NCBI GenBank assembly: GCA_047495785.1 | Contig: JBLDXI010000042.1 | Span: 4,402,001-4,466,000, forward strand | DNA: 64,000 nucleotides | DNA from: Lepidodermella squamata | Taxonomy: Eukaryota > Animalia > Gastrotricha | Direction of reading: 5' to 3' | In this document: piece by piece, positions 10,780 through 21,500 of the stretch | Layout of the letters: each line of letters begins with the position of its first letter | How positions within the stretch are numbered: position 1 is the first letter of the stretch | Notes under the pieces: model-generated | What the model saw: only the letters and a program-made list of their open reading frames with translations | Database searches by the model: none | What the model was told of the DNA's origin: nothing | Position numbers and translations under genes: made by a program

Positions 10780-11913
10780 CTAGAGCGACATAGACGGCAT
10801 CGTGTTTTCAAGACGTGACGGAACTGATAGGCCTTTTGAACTGGGTTGAACGAAAGCGACGTCACTGCCACCACCTGCTGTATAATCCGAGTCGAATTGC
10901 AGCGTCAATTGACGCGGTAGAGCATGCGGCGTCGTGGGAAGCGATTCGTTATCTCCGATGGATGGTTCGTCGAATGAAAACGGGATTTGATCGAGCATCG
11001 GCCGTCCGAAAAATGACCTCAGATACACGAAGTAAACGGCACTGGGCAATAAGGTCATATAGATGTATAACGTAATCGCCAGAATGCAGTAACCAGGTTG
11101 AACTCCGCCTAGAACTAAACTAGCTCCAAGGAGTTGAAGTGCATCCAAAGCCATCAAAACGCCGCAATACACGTAGAAAGACCGTTTTGACGGCAGCAAA
11201 AACCGGTCACGCCATGGCGAGCAAGGTAACGTTACGATAAACGCGTATGCTGTGAAAAATACTGCTGTGGAAGCCGTCAGGAAAAATATCGATCCATGCT
11301 TGAATGAATGAAAATTTCCAGCAGGTACCGCGTGTTGGAACTCTAGGGCCGACATGATAGTAGTGTTGATCGCAGCGGCGACTAAAGCTACCGCTAAAAC
11401 GCGCCTAACACCTTTGGCCGAGTCTAAATGGCCAAAAAGAACCGCGAATGCTAAAACAGCAGTCTCGGTGGCAACGAAGAAGAAGTTGAGAATAAGCCAC
11501 AACACTTGATCGCCCCGTTCGACGCTCGATCTCATGGCCACTGCAGTAATTGCTCGAATGACTGCTACAATAGTATCTATCCACACTAATACGTACATGA
11601 GAAAGATCAGTGGACTCCGGGAACGCGTTAGTTTAACCATAGAAGACCGAGCCTTGATGATTAAGAATAAGAGAAACGCCATTTGAGGAATCAGCAACGC
11701 GACGTCCCAATACTTGACGCCTGAATCACCGAGATCGTCTTCGAGGAACAGCTTGCATTCACAGCAAGACGAATTATCTGCACTTGGCGACGGGGTTGTA
11801 GATCCATTTGAATTATTAGACCAGTTATTTATGTCCAAATTAGGTATCGGGACAATATGTACCAGAGACATATTGGTCGGTAACGAGGTATCATTAACAT
11901 TTGAAACGTTCAT
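10780..11913 (-). CDS. TPRA1: Transmembrane protein adipocyte-associated 1 (GPR175), intronless
   Basis: 377 aa with about 7 hydrophobic helices; CKLFLEDDLGDSGVKYWDVALLIP, LFGHLDS...RRVL and LPSKRSFYVY motifs of TPRA1. Confidence 0.88.
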   Translation of the reverse strand: MNVSNVNDTSLPTNMSLVHIVPIPNLDINNWSNNSNGSTTPSPSADNSSCCECKLFLEDDLGDSGVKYWDVALLIPQMAFLLFLIIKARSSMVKLTRSRSPLIFLMYVLVWIDTIVAVIRAITAVAMRSSVERGDQVLWLILNFFFVATETAVLAFAVLFGHLDSAKGVRRVLAVALVAAAINTTIMSALEFQHAVPAGNFHSFKHGSIFFLTASTAVFFTAYAFIVTLPCSPWRDRFLLPSKRSFYVYCGVLMALDALQLLGASLVLGGVQPGYCILAITLYIYMTLLPSAVYFVYLRSFFGRPMLDQIPFSFDEPSIGDNESLPTTPHALPRQLTLQFDSDYTAGGGSDVAFVQPSSKGLSVPSRLENTMPSMSL

Positions 11914-13047
11914 TTTTCAGCTTTGATGACGCTACATCAAGCAATACTCCTAGAAAGAAAACAATTTTGAATTGATTACTGTCGAAGTTGTCAATGAATC
12001 ATATCTGGGTCACATGACAAATACGAAGTAGGTATAGGAAATAATAAAACTTCAAGTACCAATACTATAATGGCACAATTGGCCAAGCGGCTCATCCCTA
12101 ATTCACTACGCTAAGATTGACAGATGAATCAAATAAATTATAATGCCTAAGAGACAATTCTAAAAGCAAAAATTGGGTTAATTTTCTGGATTAAATGAGG
12201 ACGCATGCCGTTCTAGTTTTTTAGTAACTCAACTATCACAATCCAAGTTCACCAGCACATCCTTTGTTAGAAAAAGATGCCAGATATGTAAAAAATTTTT
12301 ATAAAAAACTTCTAACAATTATAAGGTGGAACGTTATACGTCATAGAGTTTCCCATTGAGTCGACGGATCATGTGACTGGACTCGTGACAAGGTTGATCA
12401 AGCAAAAAACAAAATCGCCCACCTCGCTACACAAAAAGCACTTGGATATATTATTTTTCGAAAATATTCTTAGTGCAGGATTATATAAAAATTGCATATA
12501 CGCAGGCAATCATCTGTATTATTCACAAAATCATATGTGAAAAAATATCCAAAATGTGCGCCGCACCCTTTTTGGGTTTTATCTTGCGGCTACCGGTTTT
12601 GCTTCGAAGGTTATGACGCTAGACGCTAACGTCTCACGCTTCCTCGTTCAGAAATGAGCCATAGTTTTTCATTCTTGAATGATGCTCGTAGGCAGCCTTT
12701 GCTTCCGCATACTCCATAAAATTCCATCCTTGTGGCACTTTTGTTTGAAATGTTCCAAGTTCTAATTCCGAGTCCGATTACAGAAGATTCTTGTCTTCCT
12801 GTTCTAAGCTTATCGCTTATCAACCTATTGTTGAGTTAACTCTCCGTCCAATGATGCTTCCTCTGCTGTCGACATCTTCAGATTGTTCAAATCCCCTGTT
12901 ATCATTACTTCCAATTTGCCTTATATTTGATCGTACACATACTGCGGTCAGCGGTCAGCAGTTCTCACTGTAAACCCTTCAACTCTGACAAATGACTTAT
13001 TTCTCTTGCAGAAACTTAGGAAATAATTAGCGATATTTAAAACTATT
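11914..13047. promoter_or_regulatory. Divergent promoter region between TPRA1/USF (-) and the SR gene (+), with M-box/E-box motifs
   Basis: Head-to-head gene orientation; GTCACATGAC at 12009-12018 and TCATGTGAC at 12369-12377. Confidence 0.55.
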
Positions 13048-15278
13048 ATGCCGCGTCGCTCTCGGTCTCGTTCCCGCAGCAGCTCGCCCCGTCGCAGCCG
13101 AAGCCGGCGTAGCCGTTCACGTTCCGGTTCTCGGGATCGTCATGTCAGCCCGTCTGATGTTGGTTATCGCATCCATATTGGAGATCTTGGTGAGTTGCTC
13201 ACATATGTATGAACTTTTATACCTGAAATAATTTTTCGGCAGTTCCTGATGCCAGCGAGCGCGATATTCGCAAAACGTTTGAAAAATTCGGCCCTCTTCT
13301 TGAAGTCTGGTTCGCCCGTCGCCCACCGTGTTACGCTTTCGTAGTTTTCAAGGAGAAGGAAGACGCTGAGGAAGCAGTTCGGGAGACTGATGGCAAATAT
13401 GTTTGCGGTGTTCGTGTTCGCGTGTCCCACGCAAAGCCCAGAGTTCGCGGCGGTCGTCGCAATATGTTTGGGTATTTTCAAGTAGGAAACCAGTTTTATT
13501 CTCAAACCTTTGTTTTACAGTTATGGCGGCGATTCTCCCCCGCGTCACTCAGATCGTGGCAACTCACAGCGCTGCTTCACATGCGGAGAGACAGGTCACT
13601 TTGCCCGCGACTGCTATTCAATGAGCCGAGGTGGCGCTGGTGGCCGAGGTGGCGGAGATCGTTACAACAGGTATGCGTCGCCAGCTTTTTTGTTTTAGTT
13701 GACTAGCTTTCAGGTGTGAGTGATGGTGACTGGTTGTGAGGGTGATGGTTGGATCTCGTTAGATGATGGCCAAAATTAGCTATGGGCGCCGAGCTCATGA
13801 AACGATCAAGTTAACTCTCTTTCTATCTATCATTATATTCCAACCGCTAGAGCTGGCTCGTGAGAAGCAGTGTTACCAAGCCTACTGCTATTACGTTGGC
13901 TCTAGATCTAGACTGGTTGATGAGATGAAATGTGGTTGATGATGTGGTTCTCATGTGGCCTTGGGCTATGGAAATACGGTCTAGAAATGGCCTCCGTCTT
14001 GATGAAGAAGCCTGTCACGGTGGTGAAGAAGAAAAGCGAAGCCGCGTGGCTTGTCTCAAGGGTGGCTCATGGGTGTTGATCTGGCACAAGATTTGATGAT
14101 TAATGAGCCGAGGTAATTCCGCATCCGATTGAAACTTTCATAAGTAACCGATAAAACAATCAATCCAGTGCCACCTGCTTTAAAAGTACTACTACTAAAC
14201 CTTGCAATTACTACTTACCTGGATTCACCTATAATTGAATGGCGTGAGGTGCTAGTGCTTCCCGGTCATATTAACATAACCGCAAGAAATGGTTTTATTT
14301 TTTTTCGTTTTGCTTCCTACAATCAATGCACCCATCATCATCAGTGAATGTGTTTGTGCTAATAACGTCGTTGTACTACATTATTAGTCAGTTATAAGCA
14401 TTCTTTCGATGCAGGACTACACTTATAATTTCAGCGGTGTTGTTCGTTTTACAATAGTTCGACGTTTGTTTGTTGCAAGGAGATCAAAATTCACAGCCTT
14501 GAGGTGAAACTCGGTCTAAAGAACCCGAAAATAAGTTGAAAGCTAAGCAGAATTCGCCATTTAGTTATTTGTCATCAGTATTTCATTCGCTAATTAGATT
14601 CTGTACGGAAACGATTTATTGACTGTCTCCTCTGAGAAACCGCCAACTAGGGTGATAACAGTTCTCTTTTTCTCCGCACGCACCTTAGGAAAGGACAAAT
14701 ATTTGCTCGAGATAATTGTTTAAGGGTTTTCTAGATTGGAATTTTGAGAGGACAAGATTTGAACCCAAAATTTATTACAAATATTTATTACACCCTTCGT
14801 CATACTTATTTTGGCTTTCGACTAGTTTACTTCGTTGGAACATAAATTTTTTCTCAAAGCTGAGACTTCAATTTTTAAGAATTAAATTTGAACGATTTAT
14901 TCGGATACTGTTTACTCGAGTTTCATCTTTGAGTGAATCGTGATCTCTGTGGTTCGTTGTGGTTGGAATAATTCGACTATTATTCGAAAATTGATCCATT
15001 TTTATCGAACCGGCTAAGTTGTGTTTTCGTCGTGTTTTTCTTCTAGCAGATCACGCAGCCGGTCGCGTTCTCGCTCCCGCAGTCGCAGCAATGACCGCAG
15101 CCGTCGAGACCGCCGGGATAGATCCCGCGAACGTCGCCGCCGCTCGCCGACCCCGGAAGTCGCAGCCGAGAATGGCTCATCCCGCCGCGGTAAGTCCAGC
15201 CGCGCCACCGAATCCTCGTCCCGCCGCGATCGCGAAGAACGCGCCGTTTCGAATGGTCGCGAAGATAACTTCGAATGA
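13048..15278 (+). CDS. SRSF7: SRSF3/SRSF7-family SR splicing factor (RS-RRM-CCHC knuckle-RS); exons 13048-13189, 13243-13471, 13521-13670, 15050-15278
   Basis: Spliced frame gives an N-terminal RS tract, RRM (RIHIGDL...VWFARRPPCYAFVVF...VRVRVSHA), CFTCGETGHFARDC knuckle and C-terminal RS tract; all introns GT-AG; NAGNAG acceptor (tagcag, 15044-15049). Confidence 0.8.
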
Positions 15279-16142
15279 ACAACTAAATCGCCAAAACTAA
15301 TCTTGCTCTCGATAAATTTGAAGGACCAGCGAGTTTTTTTGATCGATGAATGAATGAATGAAAACTTTGCTAGCAATCGTGATGATTCAACCTGTTGTTT
15401 GTTAACTCTTCTTCTTTTTTCTTTGATCGTTGTACATAATCTGCAATTTATTCGTTATAAAAAAACCTGATACAAGATGAAAAAAATCTACCGTAAAACG
15501 TAGACACAACTGCTGGAAAATAAGGTGTTTGGTTGGTGTTACAAGTGGTGATTGATTGTCTCTGTGTTTTTTCTTGTTCATTCATTGGAATGAAAAAATT
15601 GTATCTACTACGCAGTGTTGTGAATGATTGAATGACGCGAATCGAGTGTGGCCATCTTGTGTTTTATACGATGAAAATGTTACGTACGGCGAGATTCGGA
15701 CGTGCCAACTGCAAATCCGGCCGTTTCTCCCGAGCTAACTTGCTTCTTTTTCTCTGGTTTCCCTCGATGGCAAATTTCTATCTTTGAAGAAAATTTTGAA
15801 TTTATTAAGGTGGGGTTTATAAATTTTAAGTAGGATTCGATTTTTCTTCCAATATCGAAATTTGCCGATTTTTTGTGTCTGATTATTCAAGAAAAACCAC
15901 CTAGCAGCAAACAGAAATAAGCTCGCACATACCGTTGTGTCTGAAATATCTATATACAAAAAATGAATCTATATGTTATATTGATGATTTGTTCGTCGTC
16001 ACTTAAAATTCGTTGATTGTACTTACTAGAAATTTGAAGAAAAACTACGCGAAAAAAACAATAACAATACAAACCAGAATTTGCGTTCTGTAACTTTAAG
16101 GTGGCTATTTGATATTTTAGGTCTTATTTGAGACTATAGAGA

Positions 16143-16535
16143 ATGACGTCGAAGCGTCGTAACAATGGGCGGTCGAAGCACGGCCGCGGCTACGTCAAGC
16201 CGATCCGCTGCACCAACTGCGGTCGCTGCGCGCCGAAGGACAAGGCGATCAAGAAGTTCGTCGTCCGCAACATCGTCGAGCAGGCCGCCGTCAAGGACAT
16301 CAAGGACGCGTGCCTCTTCGACAACTACGCTCTGCCGAAGTTGTACGCCAAGCTGTACTACTGCGTGTCGTGCGCCATCCACTCGAAGATCGTGCACGTG
16401 CGCTCGCGTGAGGACCGTCGCATCCGCACGCCGCCACCACGTTTCGGTGCGGCGCGCGAAAATACCCAGCAGCAGCAACAGCAGCAGCAGCAGCAGGGCG
16501 GCGCCCAGGGTGCCCCGGCGCCGGCTCGCACCTAA
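16143..16535 (+). CDS. RPS26: 40S ribosomal protein eS26, intronless CDS, polyQ-containing tail
   Basis: [16 protein letters not shown]...[17 protein letters not shown]...YCVSCAIHS; strong C/G-ending codon bias; AATAAA at about 16591. Confidence 0.97.
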   Translation: MTSKRRNNGRSKHGRGYVKPIRCTNCGRCAPKDKAIKKFVVRNIVEQAAVKDIKDACLFDNYALPKLYAKLYYCVSCAIHSKIVHVRSREDRRIRTPPPRFGAARENTQQQQQQQQQQGGAQGAPAPART

Positions 16536-18500
16536 GCGACTGAAATGAAATGCCTCCGAGGTCTCGCGGTGCTTTCGTCCGTGATAGATAAATAAAAGAA
16601 AGGAGTGTTTATTGTCTGTTGAAAATAAAGGCAGAAAGAAAGAGCGATGATAATTGCATTTAGTCTTTTTTTCATTCATATTTCACATTTTAGGGCTTTT
16701 GTTTTCTGAGCGGCAGTTGCTGAGAAGAATTCTCTAGGAAGCCTTGGAATCTTTGTCTAAAAGCTGAAGCTGTTAACCGATCCAGATTTTTATTTGATGG
16801 CTCTCTGTGCTAATTGATGAAGTAATATTACGAAACGAAGAATTTCCTATATGTAGAGAAGACGTGATTGCAGCACAGCTTCGGTTTCCAACTAGGGGCC
16901 TGAGTTTTTGTGATGGCACAGCGAAGACAAATATTTTGAGAAACGAATCCGATGTAGATATTTTTACAGATGCATTTTTGAGAGCCGATCTCAGTGATCG
17001 AAATTTCGCGCATTAGGCTACATGATTCTCCAAAAAATGCAGATTATTCATCTGCAAAGCCAGTTTAAATAGATTCCTGGAAAGTTGCCAAGTACACATA
17101 CCAAATCCCAATTAGGGTTCCAGACTTCCGTTTCCCCGAAATTAGCTGTTCGAATTTCCAGTTTGAATCTAAAACTTTTGTATCGCCATTCATGCCTGAG
17201 CGATTTTGTGCTGTCGGTGGTCGAGTTTTACTCACGTCTGCAGCGCCCATATCGATAACTCGGAGATTTCTACGAGATCCGTAGCCTAGGAAGCCACCAT
17301 TGGAAATTATTGTAGATACCCATATCGACTCTTGAAGTTGAGTAAAAGTCGAATTGATAAAAATCGTTGAAATTTTCACAGAATGCTTAAATTTAGTGCT
17401 GGAACCTCATTTGCAGTGATAAAATAATTATACCATTTTCTAGATGCCGGAGTATCAAAAGGTGAATCGGCAAGCATTTTCACCAAATTATAAATTCGCC
17501 CCAATTCCCTAACTTGCCATAAATTATTATGCAAGCTCAAAATGAATTAATGAATTTTGTTGGAAGCCGAAATAAGATGTTGCGATTATGAATGCTAATG
17601 GGTTTTGATAACGGTCACCTGTCTTGTTTTGGGCTGAAATACAGACGTTTCCTATTTCCTATGCCCGAACTCAAAGCTCTATAAATGGCGAAATAACATA
17701 CAAAAAAGCCGCTAAAAATTTGTTATCCATCGATTTTTCACAGAATCGCAGCATCTCTTCAAGGTTACGCAATATTGCACTAAATAAAACACGAAATATG
17801 TAGCAACCGACCGGGAAAACGGTGTGTTACCTGTGGATATACGCTCACACACGCTCACCAATTTTCCAGCTACTTCACATCTCGGTGCGAGTTCATAATT
17901 AAATTAACTGTTAAGGTCGAGCTGTCGATATTAGGTACTACCCCGGTGCCGCCGGAATTCCTGTGGCTGCAGGCACTTTTTCGCAGCCTGCAGCTAAAAA
18001 CGGCGGCTGCGCTGTTGGATAACGGCGACGTGCCGGCGCGCGAGGTCTCCGCGGTCAGCGATGCGCGGCGGTCACGCGTTGCGATGAAATTGCGGCACCA
18101 ATTACCGCCAAGTTCACAGGGTGACACAAAAACCGCACTTGCGCGTCATCGCACAGGTCATCGCGATGTGGCTTTAATGAAATTAATAAACCACAAAAGA
18201 ATAGCATACATATATAGCGTCATTCTGTGGTTGCAAGATGATAACTCTATGCGATGGTCAGCGATGGCCTGCTGTCAGTCTTTCCCACAAAAACAAGTGC
18301 GCACATAGGTACCACCGACCTACCTTTCCCGCTCGGGCCATAAAAATTTGACGGCTTGGGGATCGTGCGCGTATAAATTATTATTTAATTATTATACCTA
18401 AAGCGCGTCCAATTTGGTACCATCATGAAATTTTCTCTCATTGTTTATTGTCATTTCTAGGATCCAGAAATAATGATCCATTAATATATATTTACCCGAA

Positions 18501-21500
18501 ATGCTGATATCTCGTTATTTACTAGTCACCCTGATCACCGTTTTCGAGGGTGCCCGAGCGGCGAGTGGCGAAGCGCGGTGTTTGTCGAACCAGTTTCGGT
18601 GTTCGATAACCGGCGCGTGCATCGACAACTCAAAACGCTGCGATTCAACGTACGATTGCGACGACTTTTCGGATGAACTCAACTGCCAGCAGTTGAAGGT
18701 TTGCACGGATAACGAATTTCACTGCGCCAATGGCTACTGCATATCAAACAGGTATAAACTTTTACTGTGCAACTCGGTTTCAAATTACAGATTACACGCA
18801 AATTATTATCATAATATATTTTCCGTCCGCGTTATGAATTATTTTGAATTTCAAAAATTTCCGACCGGCTGGCCGAATCGGGTTTTTCCGGGTCAAGGCG
18901 AACGGTGAACAAATTTAGCATAAATTGCCGTAAAATCCTATGCTTCGGGCATTAATTATTTCTACATGTAAATATATACTGTTTCTAAGCAGGGTAACTC
19001 AGTTTTATACTGGAAAATATTCAAAAATTCGAATTATCCAAGAATGTTTGCCAGTTGTTAATGGCAGATTGACGTGATAAAAAAAACAATTCGAGAGTTA
19101 TTGAAATGTTTTAGAAAAGTGAGCTTTAAAATCTTCGGAATTTTTTTAAATTATTGTCTATAAAAACTTTCGCCAAAAGCCTGTAAATTGGGACACGTAG
19201 ATAGAGAGTTTTACTTACCTATTTTCACTGTGGCGTTTTGTCGTGGGAGTAATAAAAGGAGAAAAATAGAGATCATGAGTGTGGTAAAGAGCAATGCAAT
19301 TAGGAGTCTAGGTGGTTAATAATTAACCAATTTTACGGCTATATTACGCAAGAGTTTAGTTTTGGCTGAGTTGTCGTTAGCTGAAACGTCGCACTACGGA
19401 AATTCGGTGCAAAAAAATTGAAAAATATTCTGCTACAGGCAGATCTAGTACCGCTTAGAGATGTTCTGTTTTTCAATATTAAGTGAAATTTGCAGGGCAG
19501 ATCGGTGGAAAATAATAAAAAAATGCGCATGAGTCATAATTTCAAATTATTTGTCCATGTTTTACGGTGGAAGATTTAGGCTGCTTAGCCGAAATTTAAA
19601 ACCTATCCTAACTCGTCCACCTTGGAAATTTGAAAAATGTTTCGGCTTTCCTTTTCCTCAAAACCTAAAAGCGCTTTTTTCGTCTTTAGTAAAAGGTAAT
19701 ATTTTGCATTTTTCATGAAATTATCGATTTTATCAATGCGTGGGAAATATCGCGGAGTAATCGGAAGATAAAATACCGGAAGAGGAGCGAAATTTTAATT
19801 TCTCTTAAATCATAGCCATATCGTTGGAAATAAGCGAAATGAAACGTTTCCTTTGTAGTTGATTTTTTTTTCATTTTTTTTCAATTTAAGGTATGTCTGT
19901 GATTTGGACAACGATTGCGGTGACAATTCAGACGAAGCGTCCTGCAACGAAGCTGCTCCATCGCCTGGCAAGAACAAGAATCTACTCAACAACAACAATA
20001 ACAACAATAACAATAATAACAACGGAGATTCCCAACAGCCGACACCACTCGGCGGCTCTCAGGCCGGGTCACCCCCATCGGGCGCGTGCGGGCTCGAATT
20101 TTTCGCGTGCCCATCGCTAGGCGCCGACTACCGCTGCATCCCATTCACGGCGGTGTGCAACGGCCAGCCGGACTGCTACGACGGCTCGGACGAGTGGAAC
20201 TGCACGCAGATGATGGCACGGCACATCCGGCCGCCGGGCGGCGCGTCGGGTGCCGCGCGGGCCTACCACAACGACATGGCGATGAACAACCAGTTGAAAT
20301 CGCGCCAGCCCGGCGGCTTCACCGGGGCTATGCTGTTTGCGAATAAGAATAAAAGCAATGGCAAGTTGGCGGTGACGGATGACCGGCGCCTGGTGGCACC
20401 CTTTTCGGCACCCAGTGCACCCAGTGCGCCCAGTGCGCCCATCGGGTCGTCGTGCCCGGCTGGCCGGTTGTTGTGCCGGTCTGGGCGGCAGTGCATTGAT
20501 GAGACGAAGCGGTGTGATTTCTATGCGGATTGTGATGATGGGTCCGATGAGGAGTATTGCGGTTCGCCGGATTCGAAGCGGTGCTCCGAGTCGGAGAATT
20601 CTTTCCTGTGTGCGAATGGATTTTGCGTCGACCGGCGGTTCACGTGCGATTCGATCAACGACTGCGGGGACATGTCCGACGAGCAAAACTGCGCTGGAAC
20701 AGGTCACATTTTTAATCATTCTTTCTTGAGACGTATTTAGTTCGAGGATCCTCTTTGGTGCTGAATAGGGGTGCTATATTTGAGCTCATTAGTCGGATTG
20801 AAATAGAAAAACATTCGAAATCTAATGATGGACTTGATTTTGCCGTATCTTGAAGTTATGAGAGGTGTCATTAGGAAATTTTTGAAAATGATTTCTCGAG
20901 GTTGTTTGCCCTAGAATCTTGAAGGCCTTCGAGAAAGCAAAGGGGCGAAATTCGCCAAGTTCTCAAAGAATTATCTGAGCAGGGCTGAAACCGCCCCTGC
21001 TCCTGAGAAAATAACGATTGAGAATGTTTCCTGCAATACTTGCGATATTCAGGGTTTTTGCTCGCGTATACACGTTCAGAATGTTGAATCTTCGGAATCT
21101 CGAAAATAATACGAAAGTTGCGAATATCTACGTTACTGGCGATGAAAATGAGTGTTGAAATAATATTGTAGAACTGCAAGACCGTGAACCGTATGCATTT
21201 TCAACATTCAGTCCCTGTTCCTTCGTGAAATCTGTGAATACACATTTTTTGATCGGTTGATACCCTCGAATTGACTTCGGCGTATCAGGCGGTAAAGGTA
21301 CAGACCCTATGAGTGGGGTACGGTAGGATAGCCGAAGAAAGGACCAGCCTAAAGGACCATTGTACAGTCCACATCAATGCAACTAATATCGGAACATTGG
21401 ATAACAAGATAAGTTATGGGGCAATTTTGGAAAATTTATATTTCGTTAGGGGTCCAAATATTTCCACCGCTAAAAATAAGATTCCAGCAATAAATTTAAG

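Noticed and set aside
13780-14110. C/D-box snoRNAs suggested by repeated TGATGA
   Set aside because: No properly spaced CTGA D box or terminal stem; better explained as GAY/GAR-rich splicing elements.
14212-14380. U1 snRNA gene
   Set aside because: Only the first 11 nt match; loop I/II sequences and Sm-site arrangement are missing.
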